Origin: Elusimicrobiota bacterium
Lineage (GTDB): Bacteria > Elusimicrobiota > Elusimicrobia > F11
Direction: 5' to 3'
DNA: 64,000 nt
Assembly (NCBI GenBank): GCA_044221725.1
Contig: JBGAON010000004.1
Span: 192,001 to 256,000 of the forward strand
Position numbers and translations under genes: made by a program. The notes beneath the pieces were generated by a model. That model was given only the letters and a program-made list of their open reading frames with translations, ran no database searches and was not told the origin of the DNA. Shown here one piece after another: positions 63,744 to 64,000 of this stretch; within the stretch, counting starts at the first letter, position 1; each line of letters starts with the position of its first letter.

Positions 63744-64000
63744 ATGAAAAAAGATGTTTCTTTTTTGCTCGTCGCGCTTTTCTTGCCGATGCTTGCGAGC
63801 GCCATCGACAAAAGCAAAACAGACCAGCCAAATGCCGCCGTGGAGTCGAAAATGGAAATCGAAAACAAAGCAAAACTCGAAGAATTGAAGCGTGCGCTTA
63901 CCCCCGAGCAATACGAGATATGTTTCCGTAAAGGAACCGAACGCGCGTTTACTGGAAAATATTGGGACAATCACGAAAAGGGTGCGTATCACTGCACGGT
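63744..64000 (+). CDS. msrB: Peptide-methionine (R)-S-oxide reductase with signal peptide (partial, runs off the window)
   Basis: Manual translation MKKDVSFLLVALFLPMLASA...LTPEQYEICFRKGTERAFTGKYWDNHEKGAYHC. Confidence 0.9.
   Translation, partial: MKKDVSFLLVALFLPMLASAIDKSKTDQPNAAVESKMEIENKAKLEELKRALTPEQYEICFRKGTERAFTGKYWDNHEKGAYHCT

Noticed and set aside
1..64000. CRISPR array, rRNA, prophage
   Set aside because: No regularly spaced repeats, rRNA-like segments or phage hallmark genes were noticed by eye.

Overview
Ordinary-looking chromosomal segment of a diderm bacterium. Elusimicrobiota is my tentative guess, from the giant-protein N-terminal domain and a T9SS/FlgD-like C-terminal domain. 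It holds about 60 CDS, one tRNA-Ser(UGA) and one complete IS30-family element; I saw no CRISPR array or rRNA. Housekeeping and stress genes include mtnA plus an aldolase/SDR fusion, msrA, msrB, uup, recQ, mscS, beta-carbonic anhydrase and several outer-membrane barrels. Four loci stand out. (1) A qNOR gene and a divergent A-family heme-copper oxidase operon share a near-identical 20-bp Crp/Fnr-like palindrome; the oxidase keeps all metal ligands and the D-channel but has lost the K-channel residues in both subunits I and II. (2) A 3399-aa exported multidomain protein combines a TraB/TIKI/ChaN-like N-terminal domain, TM helices, four ~82-aa HTH-like repeats and a catalytically dead SNF2-like helicase module. 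(3) A minimal KdpD/KdpE pair sits upstream of a PTS-EIIA plus APC-USP transporter operon carrying four 11-bp-phased boxes, with no kdpFABC in the window. (4) A udgX-imuA-imuB-dnaE2-DUF72 DNA-damage cluster. All family calls come from motif recognition by eye; no database searches were run.
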